This document shows, piece after piece, positions 14,718 through 22,564 of a stretch of 32,000 nt of DNA. Numbering within the stretch: position 1 is the stretch's first letter; every line of letters starts with the position of its first letter. The translations under genes were made by a program, and so were the position numbers. The notes under the pieces were generated by a model, which did not search any database, was not told where the DNA came from, and saw only the letters and a list, made by a program, of their open reading frames with translations. Origin of the DNA: Candidatus Nanohalobium constans (GTDB lineage Archaea > Nanohalarchaeota > Nanosalinia > Nanosalinales > Nanosalinaceae); assembly GCF_009617975.1 (NCBI RefSeq), contig NZ_CP040089.1, positions 420,001-452,000 on the forward strand, written 5' to 3'.

Positions 14718-15042
14718 TTTTGAAGTAGTCTTTATTATGACTTATGAGTTCAATAAATTTGCTTCTATATTTTACAGCCTCATATAAAGGGAAAAGAACC
14801 ACAAACGCCGAAATCCAGAGTGCTGCAGATTCGGGCATACCGGTGCTCTGTAAACCTTCTTTCATGCCAGCGAACCATTCTAATAGTGGCATCATCAGAG
14901 GAAGTATTATAGGGTTGATTACTTCTGTTTCAAATGCTCCGATGGATCCTATAGCACCTACTAAAACTATCAGAGGCTTCCAAGGATCTTCTTTAGCCTT
15001 CTCTCGGAATCTGTCTATCATAAATGTGGAAAGCATTTCCAC
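14695..15042 (-). CDS. Membrane protein (hypothetical, about 3 TM)
   Basis: Hydrophobic segments PLIVLVGAIGSIGAF, INPIILPLMMPLLEWFAG and ALWISAFVVLFPLY. Same strand as nrdJ and downstream of it. Confidence 0.6.
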   Translation of the reverse strand: MEMLSTFMIDRFREKAKEDPWKPLIVLVGAIGSIGAFETEVINPIILPLMMPLLEWFAGMKEGLQSTGMPESAALWISAFVVLFPLYEAVKYRSKFIELISHNKDYFKNGDVNED

Positions 15043-15093
15043 CCGATTAGAGTAAGAAAATGCTAAATATGGTCGATTAAGGCTCGACCAAGC

Positions 15094-15309
15094 CTAATTG
15101 TTGAATAATTCTGAAAATGTTTGCGCCATCTTCTTGTAACCCATTAAGACTAGACCAACAGTCACCAATCCTGTTCCAAGGAAGAAACCTCCTGGAATTG
15201 AGGGAATAATGTTGGTCGCACTGTTCAATATTGCTAGGCCTCCAGCTAGGAAGATAATGGTTCCAGTAACTTCGATCAGGTAATCCTGTAAGTCATCTAG
15301 CCAAGTCAT
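15094..15309 (-). CDS. Small two-TM membrane protein translationally coupled to nrdJ
   Basis: The ATG at 15309 (MTWLDDLQDYL...) is preceded by a perfect GGAGGTGAT Shine-Dalgarno that overlaps the nrdJ stop. TM segments TGTIIFLAGGLAILN and GGFFLGTGLVTVGLVLMGY. The GTG start in the track (15318) is less likely. Confidence 0.65.
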   Translation of the reverse strand: MTWLDDLQDYLIEVTGTIIFLAGGLAILNSATNIIPSIPGGFFLGTGLVTVGLVLMGYKKMAQTFSELFNN

Positions 15310-15313
15310 TTGA

Positions 15314-15322
15314 ATCACCTCC
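15314..15322 (-). promoter_or_regulatory. Shine-Dalgarno GGAGGTGAT, 4 nt upstream of the ATG at 15309, overlapping the nrdJ TAG stop
   Basis: The minus strand reads TAGGAGGTGATTCAAATG. It is complementary to the conserved archaeal 16S 3' end (..GAUCACCUCC). Confidence 0.6.
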
Positions 15323-18255
15323 TAACATTTTGAATACCCGCATTCGGGGCACTTGTTGCATCCTTCTTGTAGGACGAGCATGCCGCCGCAGTCTGGGCAT
15401 TCTGGGTTGCCTCCGTCTTGGACGATTTTGGCTGCGTCTGCTTTTTCTTCTTGACTGGTTTTTGGCTGTGTTTCGCCCATTTGTTCCTGTTTCTGGCCGG
15501 GTGTTTCGTACTGGTCGACGGTTTGTTGGTTGCCGCTTTGTACTTGCATGTGGCGTTTCATTGCTTCTGCGATTGCGTCGGGTACGCTGTGGATCTGTGT
15601 TCCTTGGTCCCATGCGATTTGTGGGCTTCTGATGTCGTCTAGTTGTTTGATGACATCTTCTCCTTCTGCACCTGACCGTAGTGCCAGTGAGGTCATTCTT
15701 CCTAGTGCCTGTGTGAATGACTGGGTATAACCTCCGCTTTTGCCTAGGTTGGCGAATACTTCGAATGGTCCGTTGTTCTCTGAGTTGTTGATGGTGACGA
15801 AGAGGTCGCCGTAGGCTGTCTCTATTTCCTGTGTGGTTCCTTGTGCGACTTTTGGTCTTTCCTTGACGTTTTTGGATTTGCCCATTTCTGTGGCTCCGCC
15901 TTGGTCTGGGCTGTCGGCTTCTACTCCTTCCTGTGTTACTTCTTTGTCCAGGTTTTCTGTTTCTTCGTCTTGGAGTTGTACTCCTGTCTGGCTGACTACT
16001 TCTTCGAATTCGTTGGATTGTACTAGGTCTTCTGGTCCTCCGAATTCGTCGATGACTTCGGAGAGCATGTCGACTTTGTCCATGTCTGTCAAGGTGTTTT
16101 CTTTGTTGGTTTGCATGACTTGTGTGTCTCTTGTTCCGTCTCTGTAGACTGTCATGCCTTTGACTCCTTTGTCGTAGGCTCGCATGTAGGCTTCTCTGAC
16201 GTCGTCTTTCGAAGCTTCGTTTGGGAAGTTGCATGTCTTGCTGATGCCTGAGTGGTTGTGGTGCTGGAATGCTGCCTGAATATCGATGTGTTCGGCAGGG
16301 CTGACCTGGTTGGCTGTGGCGAAGATTTCTTTAACGTGTGCCGGAAGAACTTCGTCGGGAATACTTTCTACGCCTTCCCATTCGTTGTTCTCCATCTTCT
16401 CCTGTGCAGCTGCCTTGACTTCCTCTACATCTACATCGTTGGCTTCTAAAGCCCTGATGAAGTAGTCGTCGAACTCGACAAGCATGTCTTCTCCTTGGAT
16501 GTCCTTTGCGACGTTCTTGAAGTAGGCCAGGCTGAAGATCGGTTCACATCCTCCGGAGGTGTTTCCGATCATGGATGTTGTTCCGGTTGGTGCGATGGTT
16601 ACCGTGTTGTGGTTTCTCATCTTGAGGCCGTCCTCAAACTCTTGTGGATCAAGACCTCCTGTGTACTGTTTGAACCATTCCTCGTGTTCTGTCGGGTTTG
16701 CCCACTTGGATTTCTCCCATTCTGAGAATTCTCCTCTGACGTCTGCGAGTCTGTTGGATTCTTCGATTGAGAATCTTGTGATCAACCGCTGGATTTCTTT
16801 GGCGATTGCTACTGATTCGTCTGAACCGTAGCGGACTCCTAGCTGGATCAGCATCTGTGCGTATCCCATGAGTCCGAGTCCAACCTTTCTTAAGGAGCTG
16901 ACTGTTTCCTCGATCTCTTCCAGTGGGAAGTCTGACATGGTGACAACGTTGTCGAGGAACCGTAGACCTGTCTTGGCGACGTATTCGAATCTTTCCATGT
17001 CCAGTGCTTCCTGCATGTACTCCTGAACTGCTGCCTCTAGATCTGCCTGGTCGTCGAAGTTATATCTTCCGGAGTTTTCTTCCTTCCATTCTGGGAAGCT
17101 TAACGCTCTTCCATCGCCTTTGTCGTCTACTAGGACGGACAGGTTGATGTGTCCGAGGTTGCATGCCTCGTAGTTCTCCAGTGGCTGTTCTCCACAAGGG
17201 TTGGTTGCTTCGATCCGGTGCTCTGGATGCTTTTCGACGTCGAAAGAGTGCATTTCGTTGGTTTGGTCGTACATGAATAGTCCTGGTTCTCCGTTTCTCC
17301 ATGCTCCGTCGATGAGACATTCCCAGATGAATCGTGCTGGGAGTGTCATTTCTTCGCCGGGTTCGAGGTCGATGTCGTATTTCTGGACTTCGTCTCCGAA
17401 GGTTGCAGCGAAGTCTCTCCAGAAGTTATCATCCTTACCTTGGTCTGAACCTGCTGCTTCCGGGTACCATTCTTCGTCCGAGTTGTAGAACTGTGCGGTC
17501 ATCTCTGCGACTTCGAATGGTTCGTCGGTTCTTGGGTTGATTAGTGTGTATTCTTCGTCGTTTTTGACTGCGTCCATGAAGTCTTCCGTCAAGCCGACGG
17601 AGATGTTGAAGTTGGATAGGTTTCCTTCTTCTCTCTTGGCTGTCACAAAGCGAAGGATGTCAGGATGGTCTACTTTCATGATTCCCATCTGTGCTCCTCT
17701 ACGCTTCCCTCCTTGCTTGATGGTTCCACACATCGTGTCGTAAACCTGCTGGAAGCTTAGTGGGCCAGAGCTTACTCCTCCTGTACTGCTCACTCTGTCG
17801 CCTTTTGGACGCATTAGGTGGAATGGGTATCCCATGCCTCCTCCGGACTGGAAGATCTTTGCAGCGTCGTGAACTGTAGAGAAGATGCTGTCCATGTCGT
17901 CTTCTGGGTGGACGACGAAGCATGCTGAGAGCTGTTGTAGTTCTGCTCCTGCGTTCATCAGCGTTGGAGAGTTAGGCATGAATGCTAGGTTGGACATTAA
18001 ATCGAAGAATTCTTGCCAGCTCTCCTCGAAGTCTATATCATCGTATTCTTTGTCGGGTTGCGCTACATTCTTGGCTACTCGTTCGAAGAGTTCCTCTGGT
18101 TCCTCCACCGTTTCTCCTTCCTCGTTTTTGAGGAGGTATCTGGATGGCAGGATCCGTTGGTAGGCGTTTTCTGTCAGTCTTTCTTCGACTGTGTCGCCTG
18201 TTACTCTTTTTACGGGTAGTTTGAAATCTGACTTTTGTTTGACTTTGTTAGCCAT
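15322..18255 (-). CDS. nrdJ: Class II (adenosylcobalamin-dependent) ribonucleotide reductase
   Basis: 977 aa with RNR core motifs: [65 protein letters not shown] and the class II C-terminal module ([20 protein letters not shown]...). Ends with a zinc ribbon, CPDCGG...CNKCPECG. Confidence 0.95.
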   Translation of the reverse strand: MANKVKQKSDFKLPVKRVTGDTVEERLTENAYQRILPSRYLLKNEEGETVEEPEELFERVAKNVAQPDKEYDDIDFEESWQEFFDLMSNLAFMPNSPTLMNAGAELQQLSACFVVHPEDDMDSIFSTVHDAAKIFQSGGGMGYPFHLMRPKGDRVSSTGGVSSGPLSFQQVYDTMCGTIKQGGKRRGAQMGIMKVDHPDILRFVTAKREEGNLSNFNISVGLTEDFMDAVKNDEEYTLINPRTDEPFEVAEMTAQFYNSDEEWYPEAAGSDQGKDDNFWRDFAATFGDEVQKYDIDLEPGEEMTLPARFIWECLIDGAWRNGEPGLFMYDQTNEMHSFDVEKHPEHRIEATNPCGEQPLENYEACNLGHINLSVLVDDKGDGRALSFPEWKEENSGRYNFDDQADLEAAVQEYMQEALDMERFEYVAKTGLRFLDNVVTMSDFPLEEIEETVSSLRKVGLGLMGYAQMLIQLGVRYGSDESVAIAKEIQRLITRFSIEESNRLADVRGEFSEWEKSKWANPTEHEEWFKQYTGGLDPQEFEDGLKMRNHNTVTIAPTGTTSMIGNTSGGCEPIFSLAYFKNVAKDIQGEDMLVEFDDYFIRALEANDVDVEEVKAAAQEKMENNEWEGVESIPDEVLPAHVKEIFATANQVSPAEHIDIQAAFQHHNHSGISKTCNFPNEASKDDVREAYMRAYDKGVKGMTVYRDGTRDTQVMQTNKENTLTDMDKVDMLSEVIDEFGGPEDLVQSNEFEEVVSQTGVQLQDEETENLDKEVTQEGVEADSPDQGGATEMGKSKNVKERPKVAQGTTQEIETAYGDLFVTINNSENNGPFEVFANLGKSGGYTQSFTQALGRMTSLALRSGAEGEDVIKQLDDIRSPQIAWDQGTQIHSVPDAIAEAMKRHMQVQSGNQQTVDQYETPGQKQEQMGETQPKTSQEEKADAAKIVQDGGNPECPDCGGMLVLQEGCNKCPECGYSKC

Positions 18256-18288
18256 GGTTAAACCACTTGATAATATAGGATTAAGTTA

Positions 18289-18729
18289 TTATTTTGACTT
18301 CAGAGACTCTACTTCTTCTTTAAATGATTCTGCATCTTCAAACGATTCGTATACTGATGCGAATCTGATGTAGGCTACTTCGTCTCGTGTTGAGAGTTCT
18401 TCTTTTATTTTGTTGCCTATTTCTTCTGATTCGACTTTGTTTTTGCCGCGGACCATTTTCTTGACTTCTTCGATGATTTCTTCGACTTCTTCTGCGCCTA
18501 GTGAGGTCTTGTTGGTTGCTTTTTCCAGGCCATCGCGGATTTTTTCTTCTCTGAATTTTTCCGTTTCTCCGTCTCCTTTGATGACTTGGATGTCGAGGTC
18601 GTCGGCAGTTTCATATGTTGTGAATCTTTCTCCGCAGCTCTGGCATTCTCTTCTTCTACGGACTTTTCCCTCTGATTCTCTTGAGTCCACTACTTTTGTT
18701 TTGCCGTCGCTGCAGTAGATGCATTTCAT
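18289..18729 (-). CDS. nrdR: Transcriptional repressor NrdR (zinc ribbon plus ATP-cone)
   Basis: MKCIYCSDGKTKVVDSRESEGKVRRRRECQSCGERFTTYE is the canonical NrdR N-terminus, followed by an ATP-cone (VIKGDGETEKFREEKIRDGLEKA...AYIRFASVYESF). I place the start at the ATG at 18729 rather than the track GTG at 18765. It lies 33 nt upstream of nrdJ on the same strand. Confidence 0.92.
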   Translation of the reverse strand: MKCIYCSDGKTKVVDSRESEGKVRRRRECQSCGERFTTYETADDLDIQVIKGDGETEKFREEKIRDGLEKATNKTSLGAEEVEEIIEEVKKMVRGKNKVESEEIGNKIKEELSTRDEVAYIRFASVYESFEDAESFKEEVESLKSK

Positions 18730-18761
18730 TTGGATATAGTTACCTCTGGCTGAACAATCAA

Positions 18762-18777
18762 CCACTATATGTCGTGG
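18762..18777. promoter_or_regulatory. NrdR-box-like palindrome CCACTATATGTCGTGG (proximal)
   Basis: Matches 12 of 16 positions of the bacterial NrdR-box consensus acaCwAtATaTwGtgt, including the CAC...GTG arms. It lies 33 nt upstream of the nrdR ATG. Confidence 0.55.
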
Positions 18778-18794
18778 AGAACTCTATTCCCCTC

Positions 18795-18810
18795 CCACAA
18801 CATCTTGTGC
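18795..18810. promoter_or_regulatory. NrdR-box-like palindrome CCACAACATCTTGTGC (distal)
   Basis: Perfect inverted arms CACAA/TTGTG and 12 of 16 matches to the consensus. Its centre is 33 bp from the proximal box, about three helical turns. Confidence 0.55.
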
Positions 18811-18929
18811 CTTTGAGTCAATATTCCAACCTACTCCTTATATATCCTGCGATGTTGACCCAAAACGAATGTTGAGTAAGAAGTGACAAATTTAGAATAA
18901 CTTCATATAAAGTTTTATGTTATAACTCT

Positions 18930-19727
18930 GTGTTAGTGGCAGAGAAGAATCCTGAATGGGTGATTAGAAAACAAGAGGAGGATCTTTCGAGTATTATTGA
19001 TGAGGGTGTTTTTGGTCCTCCCCGTTCTGACAGTAATTCTGAGTTCACAGATTCGTTTGATTTCAATAATATTCCTGTTGATCCTGGGAGTTCCTTTGAG
19101 GATATTTTTCCATGTGCTGGAAGTCTAGTAGATTGTTTAGAGGTTGGAAGCTTTGCAGAGGTGCTTAATTTTCTATCAGCTAATCCAAGGTCTGAGGGAG
19201 AAGGTTATACGAATAAAGCAGGGCTTCTATATGCGGTCGATAGCTCCGTCAACTCCCAAATGGTTTTAGGTTTGAAGGAATCGACGTATCTCGATGCACT
19301 TTCTGACTTTGAGGATAAGAATTTGGTTTACTTTGATGATGAAGAGTCTCCACAGATTACTTCAACTGGGAAAGCCGTAAAAGAAGGTTTAACTCCTCTA
19401 GTCACAGAATTTGAAGATTATCAGGATGCCTCTAGAATCCTGTCTCGAGTGGCAGGGAGAAAACCGTATCAAGAGGATCGTCTTCTAACATTTCTCTACT
19501 CAATGGAGACAGAGGAATCTTTTACAGAAATAGCTGATAATTTGGAGGCTGGCAGAAGGGCTGCAACCATAAGATATGAGAAAATGCGAGATGATCATGG
19601 TCTATTTATAGGTGAGCCGGATAACAGGAAGAGAACTCCCAGAGGAGAGAACACCTACCAAAGCATTGCAGCAATGGCTCACATGCTAGATAGAGTGTCT
19701 TCTAGAGAATATCTGTCACACAGCTGA
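18930..19727 (+). CDS. Hypothetical acidic protein, possibly with winged-helix-like segments
   Basis: GTG-initiated 798-nt ORF with TATA-like CATATAAAG (18904-18912) about 23 nt upstream. Segments such as VLNFLSANP...GLLYAV...YLDALSDFEDKNLVYFD look wHTH-like. No firm family call. Confidence 0.65.
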   Translation: MLVAEKNPEWVIRKQEEDLSSIIDEGVFGPPRSDSNSEFTDSFDFNNIPVDPGSSFEDIFPCAGSLVDCLEVGSFAEVLNFLSANPRSEGEGYTNKAGLLYAVDSSVNSQMVLGLKESTYLDALSDFEDKNLVYFDDEESPQITSTGKAVKEGLTPLVTEFEDYQDASRILSRVAGRKPYQEDRLLTFLYSMETEESFTEIADNLEAGRRAATIRYEKMRDDHGLFIGEPDNRKRTPRGENTYQSIAAMAHMLDRVSSREYLSHS

Positions 19728-19730
19728 GAG

Positions 19731-19738
19731 TTTTAAGA
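19731..19738 (+). promoter_or_regulatory. TATA-like box TTTTAAGA about 27 nt upstream of the ATG at 19761
   Basis: AT-rich octamer at leaderless spacing in the 33-nt intergenic gap. Confidence 0.4.
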
Positions 19739-19760
19739 ATGAGACAGGAAACCACTAAAT

Positions 19761-21548
19761 ATGACTAACAAAATTGTACCTGATACTTCCGCACTGATTG
19801 ATGGAGAAGTTTCCAAACTTGTTGATGAAGGAGAGTTAGAAGATGTTGAAGTGGTTATTCCGGAGTTTGTTGTGGATGAGTTGGAGAATCAGGCGAATAA
19901 AGGAATGGAAGTAGGTTACAAAGGTATCGAAGAACTAGAACAGTTTCAGGAACTTGATAATATAACTGTTTCCTTTACTGGTAGGAAGCCAACTACTGAA
20001 GAGATTAAGATGGCTAGTAATGGCCGTATCGATGCTTTGATTCGTGATGTTGCTGAGGAAATGGATGCTACTTTGTTTACTGGCGACTATGTTCAGTATC
20101 GCTTGGCTGAGGCTAAAGGCGTTGATGTAAGATTCTTTGAAACTGAAGATGACTTGAAGTTTTCCTTGGAGGATTACTTTGATGATAAGACTATGAGTGT
20201 TCACTTGAAGGAAGGTGATGTTCCGAGGGCGAAGAAGGGTTTGCCGGGAGAGTTCGAACTAGAACAGATAGGTGAAAATGTAATTGAAAGAGAGGAGATT
20301 GAGGACTTGATTTCTGAGACTATTGAAAATGCTGAGATGAGTGATGAAGGACTTATCGAGATGGAAGGGAATGGGGCAACAGTAGTACAAATAGGTAAGT
20401 ACAGGATTGCTATAACTCGTCCTCCTTTCTCTGAAAAGGCTGAGATCACGGCTGTACGACCTGTTGCCAAGGTTGGATTAGAGGATTATGATTTAAGCGA
20501 TGAGTTGATGGATAGGCTGGATGAGAAAGCTGAAGGAATCCTGATCGCCGGTGCACCAGGGCATGGAAAGTCTACTTTTGCACAGGCATTGGCAGAGCAC
20601 TATGAGGCTAAGAATAAGGTTGTTAAGACGATGGAGAAGCCGCGTGACCTGGATGTCGGCGAAAGAATCACACAGTACTCAGAACTTGATGGCTCGATGG
20701 AGAATACTGGTGACTTCCTATTGTTAGCTCGTCCTGACTATACTATCTATGATGAGGTACGGAAAACGCGGGACTTCGAAGTATTCTCCGACCTCCGCCT
20801 GGCAGGAGTAGGGATGATTGGTGTTGTCCACGCTTCGAAGGCAGTGGACGCTGTTCAAAGGCTGATCGGCAGGGTTGAGCTGGGAATGATTCCGGAGGTC
20901 TGCGACACAGTAATCCACATCCAGAACGCAGGAGTGGAAAAAGTATACAAGATTGAACTCACGGTCAAAGTACCGGAAGGAATGACGGAAGAAGACCTTG
21001 CAAGACCGGTCATCCAGATCTCACGATTCGAAAACGACAAACCGGAATATGAGATCTACACTTACGGCGAGGAAACGGTTGTTGTACCGATCGAAGAATC
21101 CAGTGTAGAAACCGGAGCTCAGAGACTAGCCCGTGACCAGATCAAGCACCGACTCAAAAAGCATGTGAAAAACCCGGAGATAGAGTTTATCTCAGATGAT
21201 CACATCAGACTTCTCATTGATGAAGGAAACATTCCACAGATTATCGGTCAGGGCGGCGAGAGAATCGATGAGATAGAGGACGAATTAGGTCTCAGCATCA
21301 CTGTAGAGCCTCGAGGAGCAAGTAACAAGGAGAATATTGACTACGATATCGATGAAAGAGGTAATTCTGTAGTATTAGAACTGGGTGAAGAATACGCCAG
21401 CCAGGATGTCGATATTTTTGATGGAGAGGAGTACCTGTTTACCGCAACAGTAGGGAAGACAGGAGAAGTTTCACTGACTAAGAGTTCAGAGGTAGCAGGC
21501 AGAATACTTCGATCTGCCTCTGATCACAATCTCGAGGTCAAAGTCTAG
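19761..21548 (+). CDS. PIN-domain / PilT-like ATPase / KH-domain protein (archaeal COG1855-type ATPase)
   Basis: N-terminal PIN (IVPDTSALIDGEVS...TGDYVQ), Walker A GAPGHGKST, Walker B-like IYDEVR, C-terminal KH motif IIGQGGERIDEIEDELGL. Confidence 0.9.
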   Translation: MTNKIVPDTSALIDGEVSKLVDEGELEDVEVVIPEFVVDELENQANKGMEVGYKGIEELEQFQELDNITVSFTGRKPTTEEIKMASNGRIDALIRDVAEEMDATLFTGDYVQYRLAEAKGVDVRFFETEDDLKFSLEDYFDDKTMSVHLKEGDVPRAKKGLPGEFELEQIGENVIEREEIEDLISETIENAEMSDEGLIEMEGNGATVVQIGKYRIAITRPPFSEKAEITAVRPVAKVGLEDYDLSDELMDRLDEKAEGILIAGAPGHGKSTFAQALAEHYEAKNKVVKTMEKPRDLDVGERITQYSELDGSMENTGDFLLLARPDYTIYDEVRKTRDFEVFSDLRLAGVGMIGVVHASKAVDAVQRLIGRVELGMIPEVCDTVIHIQNAGVEKVYKIELTVKVPEGMTEEDLARPVIQISRFENDKPEYEIYTYGEETVVVPIEESSVETGAQRLARDQIKHRLKKHVKNPEIEFISDDHIRLLIDEGNIPQIIGQGGERIDEIEDELGLSITVEPRGASNKENIDYDIDERGNSVVLELGEEYASQDVDIFDGEEYLFTATVGKTGEVSLTKSSEVAGRILRSASDHNLEVKV

Positions 21549-21970
21549 TTTCTTTCCTTGATTTTTTGTTCTATTTCAGGGATGATTTCTTCGGCAAATT
21601 CTTTGATTTGTCCTGCTTCTTCCACTTTGATTTCTCTTGCTTCATATCTTGATTCGTTTCGTAACTTTCTGAATCTGTGCAGCCTGTTTACTATGGATCT
21701 GTTGAATTCTAATTCGTCTTTTGCATAAGCTATGGTGGAGACATGGTCGTTTGATTTGTATCCATCAGCAGCCATTGCTGCCTCTAAAGCCTCTCTTAAA
21801 GACTCATATATGTTTTCCAGGATTTCAAAGGCAGTGTTTTCATCTATTTTCCTGGACTTCTGGTTCTCAAGTCTTGCCTTTGATCTTTTGATAAGTCCTT
21901 TTTGCTTTGCGTAATCTTCGCTTACTTCCTCAACTCTGTCATCCTTCAATAGTTCGTTAAAATTCCTCAT
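21545..21970 (-). CDS. HEPN-domain protein (putative toxin partner of the upstream nucleotidyltransferase)
   Basis: All-helical 141 aa with an HEPN-type LHRFRKLRNESRYEAREI motif. Its ATG overlaps the stop of the MNT gene (ATGA). Confidence 0.75.
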   Translation of the reverse strand: MRNFNELLKDDRVEEVSEDYAKQKGLIKRSKARLENQKSRKIDENTAFEILENIYESLREALEAAMAADGYKSNDHVSTIAYAKDELEFNRSIVNRLHRFRKLRNESRYEAREIKVEEAGQIKEFAEEIIPEIEQKIKERN

Positions 21971-22485
21971 AGTTCAAGATGACCTCTCATAGTTATTCCA
22001 TTGGCTAAAGCTTCCACAAAGTTTTCTCCTGCTTCATCAAGTTTAATATTGTGGATGTTTATCTCTCTTCCAAGCTCTTCCTCATATTCGCTTAAATCCC
22101 TATCAAATTTTTTCCCTTCTAAAACCGCTATATCTATATCACTGCTGGCTTTATCCTCTCCACGGCTATAACTACCGAATAAGACTATTGCTACAGGTAT
22201 ACACTTCTCTTCGATTGAATTGATTAACCCAGAACTAGTCAAACTGTAGATATTGTAAGCTCTTTTTACATCTCTGAAATATTTGTTCCTAGATGCCTGT
22301 ATCTCCATTCTTCCCCTATTCTCTCCAACCGATACTAACCCTTCTTCCTCAATTTCACTAACTATTCTCGAAACTGTGGATGGTGCAACACTAACCTCCT
22401 CCGCCATCTCACGGACTCCAAACACCCGATCAGGATCCCGAAAAATTGTTTTAACTATCAAACGCTTATTTTTTGAATCAAACAT
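21967..22485 (-). CDS. Winged-helix plus minimal nucleotidyltransferase (MNT) protein, antitoxin-like
   Basis: N-terminal wHTH (VREMAEEVSVAPSTVSRIVSEIEEEGLV), then the Pol-beta-superfamily NTase signature VLFGSYSRGEDKASSDIDIAVL. Confidence 0.88.
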   Translation of the reverse strand: MFDSKNKRLIVKTIFRDPDRVFGVREMAEEVSVAPSTVSRIVSEIEEEGLVSVGENRGRMEIQASRNKYFRDVKRAYNIYSLTSSGLINSIEEKCIPVAIVLFGSYSRGEDKASSDIDIAVLEGKKFDRDLSEYEEELGREINIHNIKLDEAGENFVEALANGITMRGHLEL

Positions 22486-22531
22486 GTGTTTAATATATCA
22501 AACAAAGTTTTTAACTCTGGTGTACAGCCAG

Positions 22532-22540
22532 TATTTTTAT
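22532..22540 (+). promoter_or_regulatory. TATA-like box TATTTTTAT about 29 nt upstream of the GTG at 22565
   Basis: Supports the GTG at 22565 as the true start of the DUF389-like gene. Confidence 0.4.
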
Positions 22541-22564
22541 TCACAGATAGCCCACTCATCAGAT

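Noticed and set aside
15293-16234. 313-aa, extremely Arg-rich ORF on the same strand as nrdJ but in another frame
   Set aside because: - It lies entirely inside the well-supported nrdJ reading frame.
- Its R/Q/T/P composition is the expected frame-shifted reading of GAA/GAC/GAG-rich acidic codons.
- It has no start context and is unlike the acidic proteome.
18256-18288. Possible third NrdR box or promoter in the nrdR-nrdJ spacer (CCACTTGATAATATAGG)
   Set aside because: - One arm resembles a box half-site, but the sequence is not palindromic.
- The 33-nt spacer is more simply an intra-operon junction.
22283-22564. N-terminal 94 codons of the 475-aa track ORF
   Set aside because: - This part overlaps the MNT gene on the opposite strand and has non-acidic, low-complexity S/T/L composition.
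- A GTG at 22565 with a TATA-like box 29 nt upstream gives a DUF389-typical N-terminus.
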